The position numbers were made by a program, and so were the translations under genes. Shown here in pieces: positions 17,026-26,475 of a stretch of 39,009 nt of DNA (positions within the stretch are counted from its first letter, which is position 1; each line of letters opens with the position of its first letter). The DNA is from a virus (lineage: Duplodnaviria; Heunggongvirae; Uroviricota; Caudoviricetes): IMG/VR virus record IMGVR_UViG_2540341091_000002, positions 1-39,009 of that record; one strand, 5' to 3'. The notes beneath the pieces were generated by a model that was not told where the DNA came from, did not search any database, and worked only from the letters and a program-made list of their open reading frames with translations.

Positions 17026-17483
17026 AGACGAGTTATTGGGCGCTCATTTTAACGTTTATTGCTTGTATTGCTGGTGGTCTTGTCTGGTCAGCTAATCATT
17101 ACCACAATAAAGCCATTGAATACAAAAAACAGCGCGATGAAAACGCTATGGCATTAGATTCGGCTATGGCGACGATCTCTGATATGCAGAAGCGTCAACG
17201 TGACGTAGCAGAACTCGATGCCAGATATACAAAGGAGCTTGCTGATGCTAACGCCACTATCGAAAGTCTCCGTGCTGATGTTTCTGCTGGTCGTAAGCGC
17301 CTGCAAGTCTCCGCCACCTGTGCAAAGTCAACGACCGGAGCCAGCAGCATGGGCGATGGAGAAAGCCCAAGACTTACAGCAGATGCTGAACTCAATTATT
17401 ACCGTCTCCGAAGTGGAATAGACAGGATAACCGCGCAGGTTAACTACCTGCAGGAGTACATCAGGGCTCAGTGCCTGAAATAA
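17022..17483 (+). CDS. Rz-type inner-membrane spanin (i-spanin)
   Basis: 153 aa; N-terminal transmembrane helix followed by coiled-coil periplasmic region; follows endolysin with ATGA coupling. Confidence 0.8.
   Translation: MKTSYWALILTFIACIAGGLVWSANHYHNKAIEYKKQRDENAMALDSAMATISDMQKRQRDVAELDARYTKELADANATIESLRADVSAGRKRLQVSATCAKSTTGASSMGDGESPRLTADAELNYYRLRSGIDRITAQVNYLQEYIRAQCLK
17245..17421 (+). CDS. Rz1-type outer-membrane lipoprotein spanin (o-spanin) embedded in the +1 frame of Rz
   Basis: Signal peptide ending in lipobox VVSAC followed by proline-rich mature region (KSPPPVQSQRPEP); fully nested within Rz. Confidence 0.75.
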   Translation: MLTPLSKVSVLMFLLVVSACKSPPPVQSQRPEPAAWAMEKAQDLQQMLNSIITVSEVE

Positions 17484-17515
17484 TTTTTTTGCAAATCACA
17501 AAGTCCATTTAATGA

Positions 17516-17538
17516 GCCTCGCGATGCGGGGCTTTTTT
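17516..17538 (+). terminator. Rho-independent terminator after the lysis cassette
   Basis: 7-bp stem gcctcgc / gcggggc with 3-nt loop followed by tttttt. Confidence 0.65.
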
Positions 17539-17685
17539 ATGTCCGCAGTAAACGCGCTTCACACGCGCGACTTATGAACACAGAACCTTTCAGGATGACC
17601 CTTGAGGATGCCGGTTTGGTGATCGGTACCTTTCTGTGGGCCGGAATCCTGTGTGACAAGGTTCATCACTAAAAGGTAATTACTG

Positions 17686-18216
17686 ATGAAGTACCCAACA
17701 GTTATTGTCAATGGTGTGTCCGTTCGTGTTGATGAGGATGGACGCTACAACTTAAACGATCTCCATGCAGCAGCAGTTGCAAATGGAGAGGCTACAGAGC
17801 AACAGCGCCCAAGCCAGTTTTTGCGTAGCGCGCAGATAAAACGCTTCATAAAAGCACTGGAGGCCAAAGTGCAAAAAAGCACTTTGGAACAAATTCAGCC
17901 ACTTAAAATAATCAAAGGTGGTGCAGAACCAGGTGTGTGGGGTGTTGAACTTCTGGCAATCAGATATGCAGCATGGATTAAGCCGGAATTTGAAATCGAA
18001 GTTTATGAAGTTTTCAAAACGGTTGTCCGTCTCGGCGTTGGCGCAATGTCCCGTCTGAATAGAATCGATCACATCATCAATACTGAAACCAAAGCGATAA
18101 GCCAGTGCGCAAGCCAAATGGCTAAGTGGGGCGTTGGTGGGCGAAAAAGATTGCTTCATGTTGCACGTGAGAGAGCGGCAAATGAAGTGCAAATGTATTT
18201 GCCCGGAATGGTGTGA
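17686..18216 (+). CDS. KilA-N domain protein (second copy), moron position between lysis and packaging genes
   Basis: 176 aa; N-terminus VNGVSVRVDEDGRYNLNDLHAAA parallels the 12697 gene; isolated by terminators and non-coding DNA. Confidence 0.6.
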   Translation: MKYPTVIVNGVSVRVDEDGRYNLNDLHAAAVANGEATEQQRPSQFLRSAQIKRFIKALEAKVQKSTLEQIQPLKIIKGGAEPGVWGVELLAIRYAAWIKPEFEIEVYEVFKTVVRLGVGAMSRLNRIDHIINTETKAISQCASQMAKWGVGGRKRLLHVARERAANEVQMYLPGMV

Positions 18217-18531
18217 TTTCGCAGGTTAATCCAGTTTTTGCATTACGGCAGTACAGCGAAACAACCCAAGCCAGTAAGTGGGGAAATAACACTGGCAGCC
18301 ACTGAAAGATGAACCTCCAGCCTTATGGCAAAAAAGATTCTTTGTGGTGGCGGACTGATGGAAAGACATCGGTTATTGCAGAGGCCATTCAATGAGTGGT
18401 CTCGACAATGGCTTATACCCTGCACGGGATAACTTAACTGATATCCCTTTTAACGGATAAACGGAGCCAATAATGGCAGAGAATGTCGGCATTATGGCAG
18501 TGAAATTTGGATAAATCGGAGATTAGTACAT

Positions 18532-18882
18532 ATGCCGCCACGAATCCCAAAAGCCTGCCGTGTTCGCGGTTGCCGCCATACCACCACAGATCCGTCAGGC
18601 TATTGTGAAAGCCACAAAAGCGAAGGCTGGAAGCAATACAAACCTGGACAATCCCGTCATCAGCGCGGCTACGGTTCGAAGTGGGACAGTATCCGCGTGC
18701 GCATATTGAAGCGTGACAAAGGCCTGTGTCAGTTATGTCTGCGTGCTGGTGTGGTGCGTGAGGCGAAAACCGTTGACCACATCATTCCTAAAGCGCATGG
18801 CGGCACTGATGCCGACAGTAATCTGCAGAGTCTGTGCTGGCCCTGCCATAAGGCGAAGACGGCCCGTGAACGGTTAAAGTGA
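18532..18882 (+). CDS. HNH endonuclease (packaging-associated)
   Basis: 116 aa; Cys-rich N-terminus and DHIIPKAHGGTDADSNLQSLCWPCHKAK HNH motif; immediately upstream of terminase small subunit. Confidence 0.85.
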   Translation: MPPRIPKACRVRGCRHTTTDPSGYCESHKSEGWKQYKPGQSRHQRGYGSKWDSIRVRILKRDKGLCQLCLRAGVVREAKTVDHIIPKAHGGTDADSNLQSLCWPCHKAKTARERLK

Positions 18883-18908
18883 TAATAATTCTCAACTGTC
18901 TGAGGGGA

Positions 18909-18968
18909 GGGGCGGGTCAAATCCCTGTGACCTGACGTCTTCCGGACTGCCCGCCCCATCGTTTTTTT
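18909..18968 (+). terminator. Structured hairpin with T-run after the HNH gene (terminator-like)
   Basis: Perfect 8-bp arms ggggcggg (18909-18916) and cccgcccc (18950-18957) enclosing a 33-nt loop, followed by atcgttttttt. Confidence 0.45.
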
Positions 18969-19007
18969 ATACCCGCGAAAAATGAAATTTAACCAGGAGT
19001 GCCGCAT

Positions 19008-19493
19008 ATGGCTGGAACGGCGGGGCGTTCCGGGCGTCGCCCCAAGCCAACGGCGCGCAAGGCGCTGGCCGGAAACCCCGGCAAGCGAGCCCTGAATAAA
19101 GATGAACCTGTTTTTACGCCCATCAAAGGTGTTGAGCCACCGGAGTGGTTCGCTGAAGAAGATCTCCCTCTCGCCACGATCATGTGGCAACTGACAACCA
19201 AAGAACTCTGCGGTCAGGGCCTGCTGTGCGTGACTGACCTCGCGGTGCTTGAGCGGTGGTGCGTGGCCTACGAGTTCTGGCGACGTGCCGTGAAAAATAT
19301 TGCCAGACAGGGCAACACCATCACCGGTGCAATGGGCGGTATGGTCAAAAATCCGGAGCTGACCGCCAAAAAAGAACAGGAGTCCGAGATGAGCAGTACG
19401 GGGGCAATGCTCGGACTCGACCCCAGCAGCCGCCAGCGTCTGATTGGCCTGGCGGGGAAGAAGAAAGCCACTAACCCGTTTCTGACAATCTGA
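19008..19493 (+). CDS. Terminase small subunit (P27-type family)
   Basis: Start at [14 protein letters not shown] with AGGAG 8 nt upstream; basic N-terminus; directly precedes large terminase. Confidence 0.8.
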   Translation: MAGTAGRSGRRPKPTARKALAGNPGKRALNKDEPVFTPIKGVEPPEWFAEEDLPLATIMWQLTTKELCGQGLLCVTDLAVLERWCVAYEFWRRAVKNIARQGNTITGAMGGMVKNPELTAKKEQESEMSSTGAMLGLDPSSRQRLIGLAGKKKATNPFLTI

Positions 19494-19506
19494 AAATCAT
19501 CGAATC

Positions 19507-21240
19507 ATGAGCCGGAAATCTTACCCCAACGTAAATGCAGCCAATCAGTATGCCCGTGATGTCGTGCGCGGAAAGATTGTTGCCTGCCAGTTTGTGATTC
19601 AGGCCTGCCAGCGCCATCTTGATGACCTGATGGCGGAAAAAAGTAAGTCGTTTCGTTACCGCTTCGACAAGGACCTGGCTGAACGGGCCGCGAAATTTAT
19701 TCAGCTGTTGCCGCACACCAAGGGGGAGTGGGCATTCAAACGGATGCCCATCACGCTGGAGCCGTGGCAGCTATTTGTGATCTGCTGTGCGTTTGGCTGG
19801 GTCAATAAAGGCACCCGGTTGCGCCGCTTCCGGGAGGTGTACACCGAAATCCCCCGTAAGAACGGCAAATCAGCAATCTCTGCCGGTGTTGCCCTGTATT
19901 GTTTTGCCTGTGATAACGAGTTTGGCGCGGAAGTGTATTCCGGTGCCACGACAGAGAAACAGGCGTGGGAAGTCTTTCGCCCGGCGCGACTGATGTGTAA
20001 ACGCACACCCATGCTGACGGAAGCGTTCGGGATTGAGGTTAACGCCTCAAACATGAACCGTCCGGAGGATGGCGCGCGGTTTGAACCGCTGATCGGCAAC
20101 CCCGGTGATGGTTCATCACCCCACTGTGCCGTGGTTGATGAATATCACGAGCATGCCACCGATGCGCTTTATACCACAATGCTTACCGGGATGGGGGCGC
20201 GACGTCAGCCACTGATGTGGGCCATCACCACCGCCGGGTACAACATTGAGGGGCCGTGCTACGACAAGCGGCGGGAAGTCATCGAGATGCTCAACGGCTC
20301 GGTGCCTAACGATGAACTGTTCGGGATCATCTATACCGTTGATGAAGGTGACGACTGGACCGACCCGCAGGTGCTGGAAAAAGCCAATCCAAATATTGGC
20401 GTGTCGGTTTATCGCGAATTTTTGTTAAGTCAGCAGCAGCGTGCGAAAAATAACGCCCGTCTGGCAAACGTCTTTAAAACGAAACACCTCAATATCTGGG
20501 TGTCGGCACGTTCGGCGTATTTCAACCTGGTGAGCTGGCAGAGCTGCGAGGATAAATCACTGACCCTTGAGCAGTTCGAGGGGCAGCCGTGCATTCTGGC
20601 CTTTGACCTGGCGCGTAAGCTGGATATGAACAGCATGGCGCGACTTTATACCCGCGAGATTGACGGTAAAACGCATTACTACAGTGTGGCCCCGCGCTTC
20701 TGGGTACCGTATGACACGGTGTACAGCGTCGAGAAAAATGAAGATAGACGGACAGCCGAACGCTTTCAGAAATGGGTGGAAATGGGCGTCCTGACCGTTA
20801 CCGATGGTGCAGAGGTGGATTATCGCTACATCCTCGAAGAGGCCAAAGCGGCGAACAAAATCAGCCCGGTCAGTGAGTCACCCATCGACCCCTTCGGGGC
20901 GACCGGGCTGTCACATGACCTTGCTGATGAAGATCTGAATCCCGTCACTATCGTCCAGAACTTCGCCAATATGTCCGATCCGATGAAAGAGCTGGAAGCA
21001 GCGATTGAATCGGGACGCTTTCATCATGACGGCAATCCCATCATGACCTGGTGTATCGGCAATGTGGTCGGCAAAAACATGCCTGGTAACGATGATTTAG
21101 TGAAGCCCGTCAAGGAGCAGGCGGAAAACAAAATCGATGGTGCGGTTGCACTGATTATGGCGATCGGTCGGGCAATGCTCAAAGAACCTGGCGATTTCCT
21201 CTCATCTCTTGATCCGGACGATGATCTCTTAATTCTATGA
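19507..21240 (+). CDS. Terminase large subunit
   Basis: 577 aa; ATPase region ([12 protein letters not shown] Walker A-like; VVDEYHE Walker B-like) and C-terminal nuclease-like region; size and position typical. Confidence 0.9.
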   Translation: MSRKSYPNVNAANQYARDVVRGKIVACQFVIQACQRHLDDLMAEKSKSFRYRFDKDLAERAAKFIQLLPHTKGEWAFKRMPITLEPWQLFVICCAFGWVNKGTRLRRFREVYTEIPRKNGKSAISAGVALYCFACDNEFGAEVYSGATTEKQAWEVFRPARLMCKRTPMLTEAFGIEVNASNMNRPEDGARFEPLIGNPGDGSSPHCAVVDEYHEHATDALYTTMLTGMGARRQPLMWAITTAGYNIEGPCYDKRREVIEMLNGSVPNDELFGIIYTVDEGDDWTDPQVLEKANPNIGVSVYREFLLSQQQRAKNNARLANVFKTKHLNIWVSARSAYFNLVSWQSCEDKSLTLEQFEGQPCILAFDLARKLDMNSMARLYTREIDGKTHYYSVAPRFWVPYDTVYSVEKNEDRRTAERFQKWVEMGVLTVTDGAEVDYRYILEEAKAANKISPVSESPIDPFGATGLSHDLADEDLNPVTIVQNFANMSDPMKELEAAIESGRFHHDGNPIMTWCIGNVVGKNMPGNDDLVKPVKEQAENKIDGAVALIMAIGRAMLKEPGDFLSSLDPDDDLLIL

Positions 21241-21398
21241 AATCACTAATTGCTGATGTTATCGGGCTGACTGGTTTTGGCCTGCTTACGTGCGGAGTTT
21301 ACCTGCAGTTTGGTATGGCTCCGGCTCTGATTTTGTCCGGTGCTTTACTGCTGGTGGGTGCACTGGTTATGGTCAGAAGGGGGACGCGTGCTGCTTGA
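21237..21398 (+). CDS. Small hydrophobic membrane protein (hypothetical) between terminase and portal
   Basis: 53-aa ORF ([26 protein letters not shown]...) with ATGA overlap on the terminase stop; two predicted hydrophobic helices; below the track length cutoff. Confidence 0.4.
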   Translation: MKSLIADVIGLTGFGLLTCGVYLQFGMAPALILSGALLLVGALVMVRRGTRAA

Positions 21399-22614
21399 TG
21401 CTCTGTTCAGAAGTAAATCACTGGAGAATCCTTCCACCCCGATAACCGGGGATGCCGTTGATACTGATGGGCTGTTCCGGGCAGACGTTTATGTCAGTCC
21501 TGAAACTGCGATGAAACTGGCTGCGGTGTATTCCTGTATCTATGTCCTGTCTTCCAGCCTTGCCCAGATGCCGTTGCATGTTATGCGCAGGCACAATGGG
21601 AAGGTTGAGCCCGCACGCGATCATCCGGCGTTTTATCTGGTTCATGATGAGCCCAATACCTGGCAAACCAGTTACAAATGGCGCGAACTGAAGCAACGTC
21701 ACATCCTTGGCTGGGGGAATGGGTATACCTGGGTGAAACGTAATCGTCGCGGTGAAGTCATATCCCTGGATTGCTGTATGCCGTGGGAAACGACGCTGAT
21801 GAATACTGGTGGCCGATACACCTACGGTTTGTACAACGAATATGGGGCGTTTGCGATCAGCCCCGACGATATGATCCACATCCGAGCGCTGGGTAATAAT
21901 CAGAAGATGGGGCTGAGTCCGATTATGCAACATGCCGAAACAATAGGCATGGGGATGAGCGGTCAGAAGTACACAGAAAGCTTCTTCAGCGGTAATGCCC
22001 GTCCGGCGGGGATAGTATCCGTTAAAAGCGGACTCAATAAGGAAAGCTGGGGCTGGCTTAAAGAACAGTGGCAGAAGGCATCGCAGGCGTTACGCCGCCA
22101 GGAAAACAAAACCATGCTGCTGCCAGCCGATCTGGATTACAAGGCACTGACTGTGTCGCCAGTTGACGCTCAGATCATTGACATGATGAAGCTGAACCGT
22201 TCAATGATCGCCGGTATTTTCAATATTCCTGCGCACATGATTAATGACCTCGAAAAAGCCACCTTCTCCAATATTTCTGCGCAGGCGATTCAGTTTGTCC
22301 GCTACACGATGATGCCGTGGGTGACGAACTGGGAGCAGGAGCTTAACCGTCGCTTGTTTACCCGCGCTGAGTTAGCCGCCGGGTATTACGTCAGGTTCAA
22401 TCTGACGGGGCTTTTACGCGGAACTCCGCAGGAGCGCGCGCAATTCTATCACTTCGCTATTACCGATGGATGGATGAGCCGTAATGAGGCCCGCGCATTT
22501 GAGGATATGAATCCGGTTGAAGGGCTGGACGAGATGCTGGTAAGCGTGAATGCTGCTAACCCGGCAGGAGATTTTAAGCCCCCAAAAAACGATGAGGGAA
22601 AAACCAATGAATGA
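21340..22614 (+). CDS. Portal protein (HK97-type family)
   Basis: 424-aa ORF in canonical position after terminase; true start uncertain (may be downstream of 21340). Confidence 0.8.
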   Translation: MLYCWWVHWLWSEGGRVLLDALFRSKSLENPSTPITGDAVDTDGLFRADVYVSPETAMKLAAVYSCIYVLSSSLAQMPLHVMRRHNGKVEPARDHPAFYLVHDEPNTWQTSYKWRELKQRHILGWGNGYTWVKRNRRGEVISLDCCMPWETTLMNTGGRYTYGLYNEYGAFAISPDDMIHIRALGNNQKMGLSPIMQHAETIGMGMSGQKYTESFFSGNARPAGIVSVKSGLNKESWGWLKEQWQKASQALRRQENKTMLLPADLDYKALTVSPVDAQIIDMMKLNRSMIAGIFNIPAHMINDLEKATFSNISAQAIQFVRYTMMPWVTNWEQELNRRLFTRAELAAGYYVRFNLTGLLRGTPQERAQFYHFAITDGWMSRNEARAFEDMNPVEGLDEMLVSVNAANPAGDFKPPKNDEGKTNE

Positions 22615-23209
22615 CCGTGAAATCCGTTGTTACAGCGGTGAGGTGCGTGCTGAGCGGCATGACGATAACCCGGCGCACATTATCGGTTATGGATCGGTGT
22701 TTGACTGTCGTTCTGAGCTGATATTCGGTTCATTCCGCGAAATCATCCGGCCCGGCGCTTTTGACGATGTGCTTGGTGATGATGTACGCGCACTGTTTAA
22801 CCACGATCCTAATTTTATTCTTGGGCGTAGTGCAGCAGGCACGCTGAATCTTTCAGTTGATGAGCGCGGATTACGCTATGACATCCAGGCTCCGGAGACA
22901 CAGACCATTCGTGATCTGGTGCTGGCCCCGATGCAACGTGGAGATATTAACCAGTCATCTTTCGCTTTCCGTGTCGCCCGTGACGGTGAGGAGTGGTATC
23001 AGGATGAGGACGGGGTTGTTATTCGCGAGATAACCCGCTTTTCCCGTCTGCTGGATGTCAGTCCTGTGACATATCCTGCCTATCAGGAGGCTGACTCGGC
23101 TGTTCGCTCCATGAAAGCATGGCAGGAGGCGCGCAACAGTGGCGCGCTACAGAAAGCCATTAATCAACGTATGGCGCGTGAACGCGTCCTGACCCTTCTT
23201 AACGCGTAA
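22607..23209 (+). CDS. Prohead maturation protease (HK97-type, peptidase U35-like)
   Basis: Start at MNDREIR (8-bp overlap with portal); located between portal and major capsid genes. Confidence 0.8.
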   Translation: MNDREIRCYSGEVRAERHDDNPAHIIGYGSVFDCRSELIFGSFREIIRPGAFDDVLGDDVRALFNHDPNFILGRSAAGTLNLSVDERGLRYDIQAPETQTIRDLVLAPMQRGDINQSSFAFRVARDGEEWYQDEDGVVIREITRFSRLLDVSPVTYPAYQEADSAVRSMKAWQEARNSGALQKAINQRMARERVLTLLNA

Positions 23210-23219
23210 AGGAAACATC

Positions 23220-24449
23220 ATGAAACTGCATGAACTGAAACAGAAACGTAATACTATCGCAACTGACATGCGCGCCCTGAATGAAAAAATTGGTGATAAC
23301 GCATGGACGGAAGAGCAGCGCACTGAGTGGAACAAAGCAAAATCCGAACTGGAAGCGCTTGATGAACGAATTGCACGCGAAGAAGAACTGCGTCGTCAGG
23401 ATCAGGCGTACATTGAAAGCAATGAGGAAGAGCAGCGTCAGAATCTTGATCAGGAAAACAATCCGCAACAGGATGAGAAACGAGCTCAGGTTTTTGATAA
23501 GTGGATGCGTCACGGTGCCAGTGAGCTGACATCAGAAGAACGAAAGGCGTTGCGTGAACTTCGTGCCCAGGGTGTAGCTCAGGATGAAAAGGGCGGATAT
23601 ACCGTACCAGAAACATTCCTGGCGAAAGTTGTTGAGAAGATGAAATCCTACGGTGGCATCGCCAGTGTGGCGCAGATTCTGACCACTTCTGACGGTCGCA
23701 CTATGGAGTGGGCAACAGCTGATGGTACTTCCGAAGTTGGTGTTCTGCTGGGCGAAAATGAAGAAGCCGGTGAAGAAGACACCGATTTCGGTATGGGAAG
23801 TCTTGGGGCGCTCAAAATGACATCGAAAATCATTCGTGTGTCTAATGAGTTGCTGCAGGACAGCGCGATCGATATGGAAGCTTATCTTGCCCGTCGCATT
23901 GCTGAACGTATTGGTCGTGGTGAAGCCCGTTATCTGATTCAGGGAACTGGTGCTGGTACGCCTAAACAACCCAAAGGGCTGGTCGCATCTGTGACCGGCA
24001 CAACACAGACTGCCGCGGCAAATACGGTGAAGTGGCAGGAAATTCTGGCTCTGAAACACAGCATTGATCCTGCATATCGTCGCGGGCCGAAATTCCGCCT
24101 GGCGTTTAACGATAATACGCTGAAACTGATCAGTGAGATGGAAGACGGTCAGGGACGCCCTTTATGGTTGCCGGATATTGTTGGTGTGGCACCTGCTTCA
24201 GTGTTGAATGTACCGTATGTCATTGATCAGGAAATTGATGATATCGGGGCGGGTAAAAAATTCATGTTCTGTGGTGACTTTGATCGCTTCATTATCCGTC
24301 GTGTGCGATACATGATTCTTAAACGTCTGGTTGAGCGTTACGCGGAATATGATCAGACTGGTTTTCTGGCCTTCCATCGTTTTGACTGTATCCTGGAAGA
24401 CACCTCTGCCATTAAAGCGCTGGTGGGGAAAGGTAGCGTTGGTGGTTGA
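23220..24449 (+). CDS. Major capsid protein (HK97 fold) with N-terminal coiled-coil scaffolding (delta) domain
   Basis: 409 aa; first ~120 residues highly charged coiled-coil, typical of HK97-type capsid precursors. Confidence 0.85.
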   Translation: MKLHELKQKRNTIATDMRALNEKIGDNAWTEEQRTEWNKAKSELEALDERIAREEELRRQDQAYIESNEEEQRQNLDQENNPQQDEKRAQVFDKWMRHGASELTSEERKALRELRAQGVAQDEKGGYTVPETFLAKVVEKMKSYGGIASVAQILTTSDGRTMEWATADGTSEVGVLLGENEEAGEEDTDFGMGSLGALKMTSKIIRVSNELLQDSAIDMEAYLARRIAERIGRGEARYLIQGTGAGTPKQPKGLVASVTGTTQTAAANTVKWQEILALKHSIDPAYRRGPKFRLAFNDNTLKLISEMEDGQGRPLWLPDIVGVAPASVLNVPYVIDQEIDDIGAGKKFMFCGDFDRFIIRRVRYMILKRLVERYAEYDQTGFLAFHRFDCILEDTSAIKALVGKGSVGG

Positions 24450-24475
24450 TTAGTCTTTTTACGTAATACAGCACG

Positions 24476-24517
24476 CCGCGTAATGCGGTTTTTTTGTGCC
24501 CGCGTTCTGGCGGGCAC
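24476..24517 (+). terminator. Hairpin pair between capsid and connector genes (weak terminator plus strong stem directly upstream of the RBS)
   Basis: ccgc-gtaat-gcgg followed by seven T, then perfect 8-bp stem gtgcccgc / gcgggcac ending 1 nt before AGGAGG and the connector ATG. Confidence 0.45.
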
Positions 24518-24527
24518 AGGAGGTTTT

Positions 24528-24851
24528 ATGCTGTTAAAAATGGAAGAGATTAAGCTTCAGCTCCGTCTGGATGATGATTTCTCTGATGAAGATGAGTTGC
24601 TTGAACTGCTTGGTAAGGCCGCTCAGAGTCGTACGGAAAACTTCCTTAACCGTAAGTTGTATGCAACCGCAGATGACAGGCCTGCGGATGATCCTGATGG
24701 GCTTGTGATATCTGATGATGTGAAGCTGGCGCTTCTGCTACTTGTCAGCCATTTCTACGAAAACCGCTCAACGGTTACAGACGTTGAGAAAATGGAGTTG
24801 CCAATGAGTTTTAACTGGTTGGTTGTTCCTTATCGCCTTATACCACTATGA
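24528..24851 (+). CDS. Head-tail connector protein (gp6-like)
   Basis: Start at MLLKMEE with AGGAGG upstream; small acidic protein in conserved position after the capsid gene. Confidence 0.65.
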   Translation: MLLKMEEIKLQLRLDDDFSDEDELLELLGKAAQSRTENFLNRKLYATADDRPADDPDGLVISDDVKLALLLLVSHFYENRSTVTDVEKMELPMSFNWLVVPYRLIPL

Positions 24852-25258
24852 AAATTCGTCAGGCGCAGACCAGCGCAACCTACATTCTGCCGGACCCCGG
24901 CGAACTGAATAAACGCGTCCTGATCCGCCAGCGGGTGGATATGCCCGCGGATAACTTTGGCGTGGAGCCTCAATACCCGGTTGCGTTCCGGGCATGGGCG
25001 AAGGTTATCCAGACCAGTGCCACCACCTGGCAGGAAACCGCGCAGACCGGAGACGCCATCACCCATTACATCACCATTCGCTACCGCCGGGGGATCACTG
25101 CTGATTATGAGGTGGTCTGTGATGACAGTGTGTACCGGGTGAAACGTCAGCGCGATCTGAACGGGGCGCGGCGCTTTCTGCTGCTGGAGTGTACGGAGCT
25201 GGGCGAATGTAGGCAGAGTCACGGAGGCAGCAATGGCGACTCCCTTTTTTCACGTTGA
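24848..25258 (+). CDS. Head closure / head-tail adaptor protein
   Basis: 136-aa ORF, ATGA-coupled, in conserved order after the connector. Confidence 0.55.
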   Translation: MKIRQAQTSATYILPDPGELNKRVLIRQRVDMPADNFGVEPQYPVAFRAWAKVIQTSATTWQETAQTGDAITHYITIRYRRGITADYEVVCDDSVYRVKRQRDLNGARRFLLLECTELGECRQSHGGSNGDSLFSR

Positions 25259-25739
25259 TGTTCAGCAGCCCGCCGAGATGCGCTTTAACCGCGCCCGTGT
25301 CCGGCGGGCGTTTGTCACGATTGGGCAGCGTCATATGCGTGATGCCCGTCGGCTGGTGATGCGCCGTGCGCGGTCGGCACCGGGTGAAAACCCCGGTTAT
25401 CAGACCGGACGCCTGGCTCGTTCGATTGGTTATATGGTGCCGAGAGCCAGTAAAAAGCGAGCCGGTTTTATGACACGCATTGCCCCTAACCAGCGCAACG
25501 GGAAGGGGAACCGGATGATCTCTGGTGACTTCTATCCGGCGTTTCTGTTTTTTGGTGTCCGGGGAGGAGCAAAACGTCGTCGTAGTCATCATCGTGGTGC
25601 ATCCGGTGGCAGCGGCTGGCGACTGGCTCCACGTAATAACTTCATGGTGGAAACGCTTGAAAAGAACCGCAGCTGGACACGCTATTTTCTGGCGCGGGAA
25701 TTGCGTAAATCACTGAAGCCGGAGCGACGACACAGATGA
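25233..25739 (+). CDS. HK97 gp10-family virion protein (neck / tail completion)
   Basis: 168 aa, basic; sequence and position resemble HK97 gp10-family proteins. Confidence 0.6.
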   Translation: MATPFFHVDVQQPAEMRFNRARVRRAFVTIGQRHMRDARRLVMRRARSAPGENPGYQTGRLARSIGYMVPRASKKRAGFMTRIAPNQRNGKGNRMISGDFYPAFLFFGVRGGAKRRRSHHRGASGGSGWRLAPRNNFMVETLEKNRSWTRYFLARELRKSLKPERRHR

Positions 25740-26296
25740 AACTGACGCCTGTTATTGCTGCACTGCGTGCCCGCTGTCCGTATTTTGAAAACCGGGTTGC
25801 AGGCGCGGCCCAGTTCAAAAATCTGCCGGAGGTCGGAAAGCTGAAACTCCCGGCGGCATATGTTGTACCGGGTGATGATTCTCCGGGAGAAAACAAAAGC
25901 CAGACCGACTACTGGCAGGAGCTGAAAGAGGGTTTCTCCGTGGTTGTCATACTGAGTAACGGGCGTGATGAGCGCGGTCAGTTTGCCTCGTATGATGTGG
26001 TGGACGATGTCCGGCAGATGCTCTTTAAGGCTCTGCTGGGCTGGAACCCGGAGGCGTGCGGTAACCCGATTACCTATGACGGCGGCACGTTGCTGGATCT
26101 GAATCGTCATGAGCTGATTTATCAGTTCGATTTTTCGGTCATCAGCGAGCTGACTGAAGACGATACCCGCCATCAGGATGACCTGAACAGTCTGGATGAA
26201 CTGCAAACGCTGGCGATTGATGTTGATTATCTCGAGCCCGGTAACGGGCCTGACGGCGATATCGAACATCACACCGAAATAACCCTTCCTTCCTGA
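25736..26296 (+). CDS. Virion structural protein (putative tail terminator / sheath-proximal protein)
   Basis: 186-aa acidic ORF between head-completion genes and the tail sheath gene; call by position. Confidence 0.5.
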   Translation: MKLTPVIAALRARCPYFENRVAGAAQFKNLPEVGKLKLPAAYVVPGDDSPGENKSQTDYWQELKEGFSVVVILSNGRDERGQFASYDVVDDVRQMLFKALLGWNPEACGNPITYDGGTLLDLNRHELIYQFDFSVISELTEDDTRHQDDLNSLDELQTLAIDVDYLEPGNGPDGDIEHHTEITLPS

Positions 26297-26304
26297 GGAT
26301 CCTC

Positions 26305-26475
26305 ATGTTTGTGAAACCTGTTAAAGGGCGGTCAGTTCCTGACCCTGCCCGCGGCGACCTTTTGCCCGCCGAAGGGCGAAATGTTGACGAGAACAACTAC
26401 TGGCTGCGCCGTGAAGCAGCGGGTGATATCCGGCGCGTGAATAAAAAGGTGAACACCGATGACGATAAGCTTTAA
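26305..26475 (+). CDS. Small hypothetical protein preceding the tail sheath gene
   Basis: 56-aa ORF (MFVKPVKGRSVPDPARGDLLPAEGRN...) with GAGGA upstream; overlaps the sheath start; below track cutoff. Confidence 0.4.
   Translation: MFVKPVKGRSVPDPARGDLLPAEGRNVDENNYWLRREAAGDIRRVNKKVNTDDDKL

Noticed and set aside
17574-17672. 32-aa ORF (MNTEPFRMTLEDAGLVIGTFLWAGILCDKVHH) upstream of the second KilA-N gene
   Set aside because: No clear ribosome-binding site and too short to judge; could be a real small membrane peptide but unsupported by sequence alone.
23532-24059. Long antisense ORFs inside structural genes (for example 23532-24059, 25682-26272, 11531-12112, 18729-19190)
   Set aside because: Each lies wholly within a strongly supported gene on the opposite strand, lacks a ribosome-binding site and has an unusual composition; typical shadow frames in GC-rich coding DNA.
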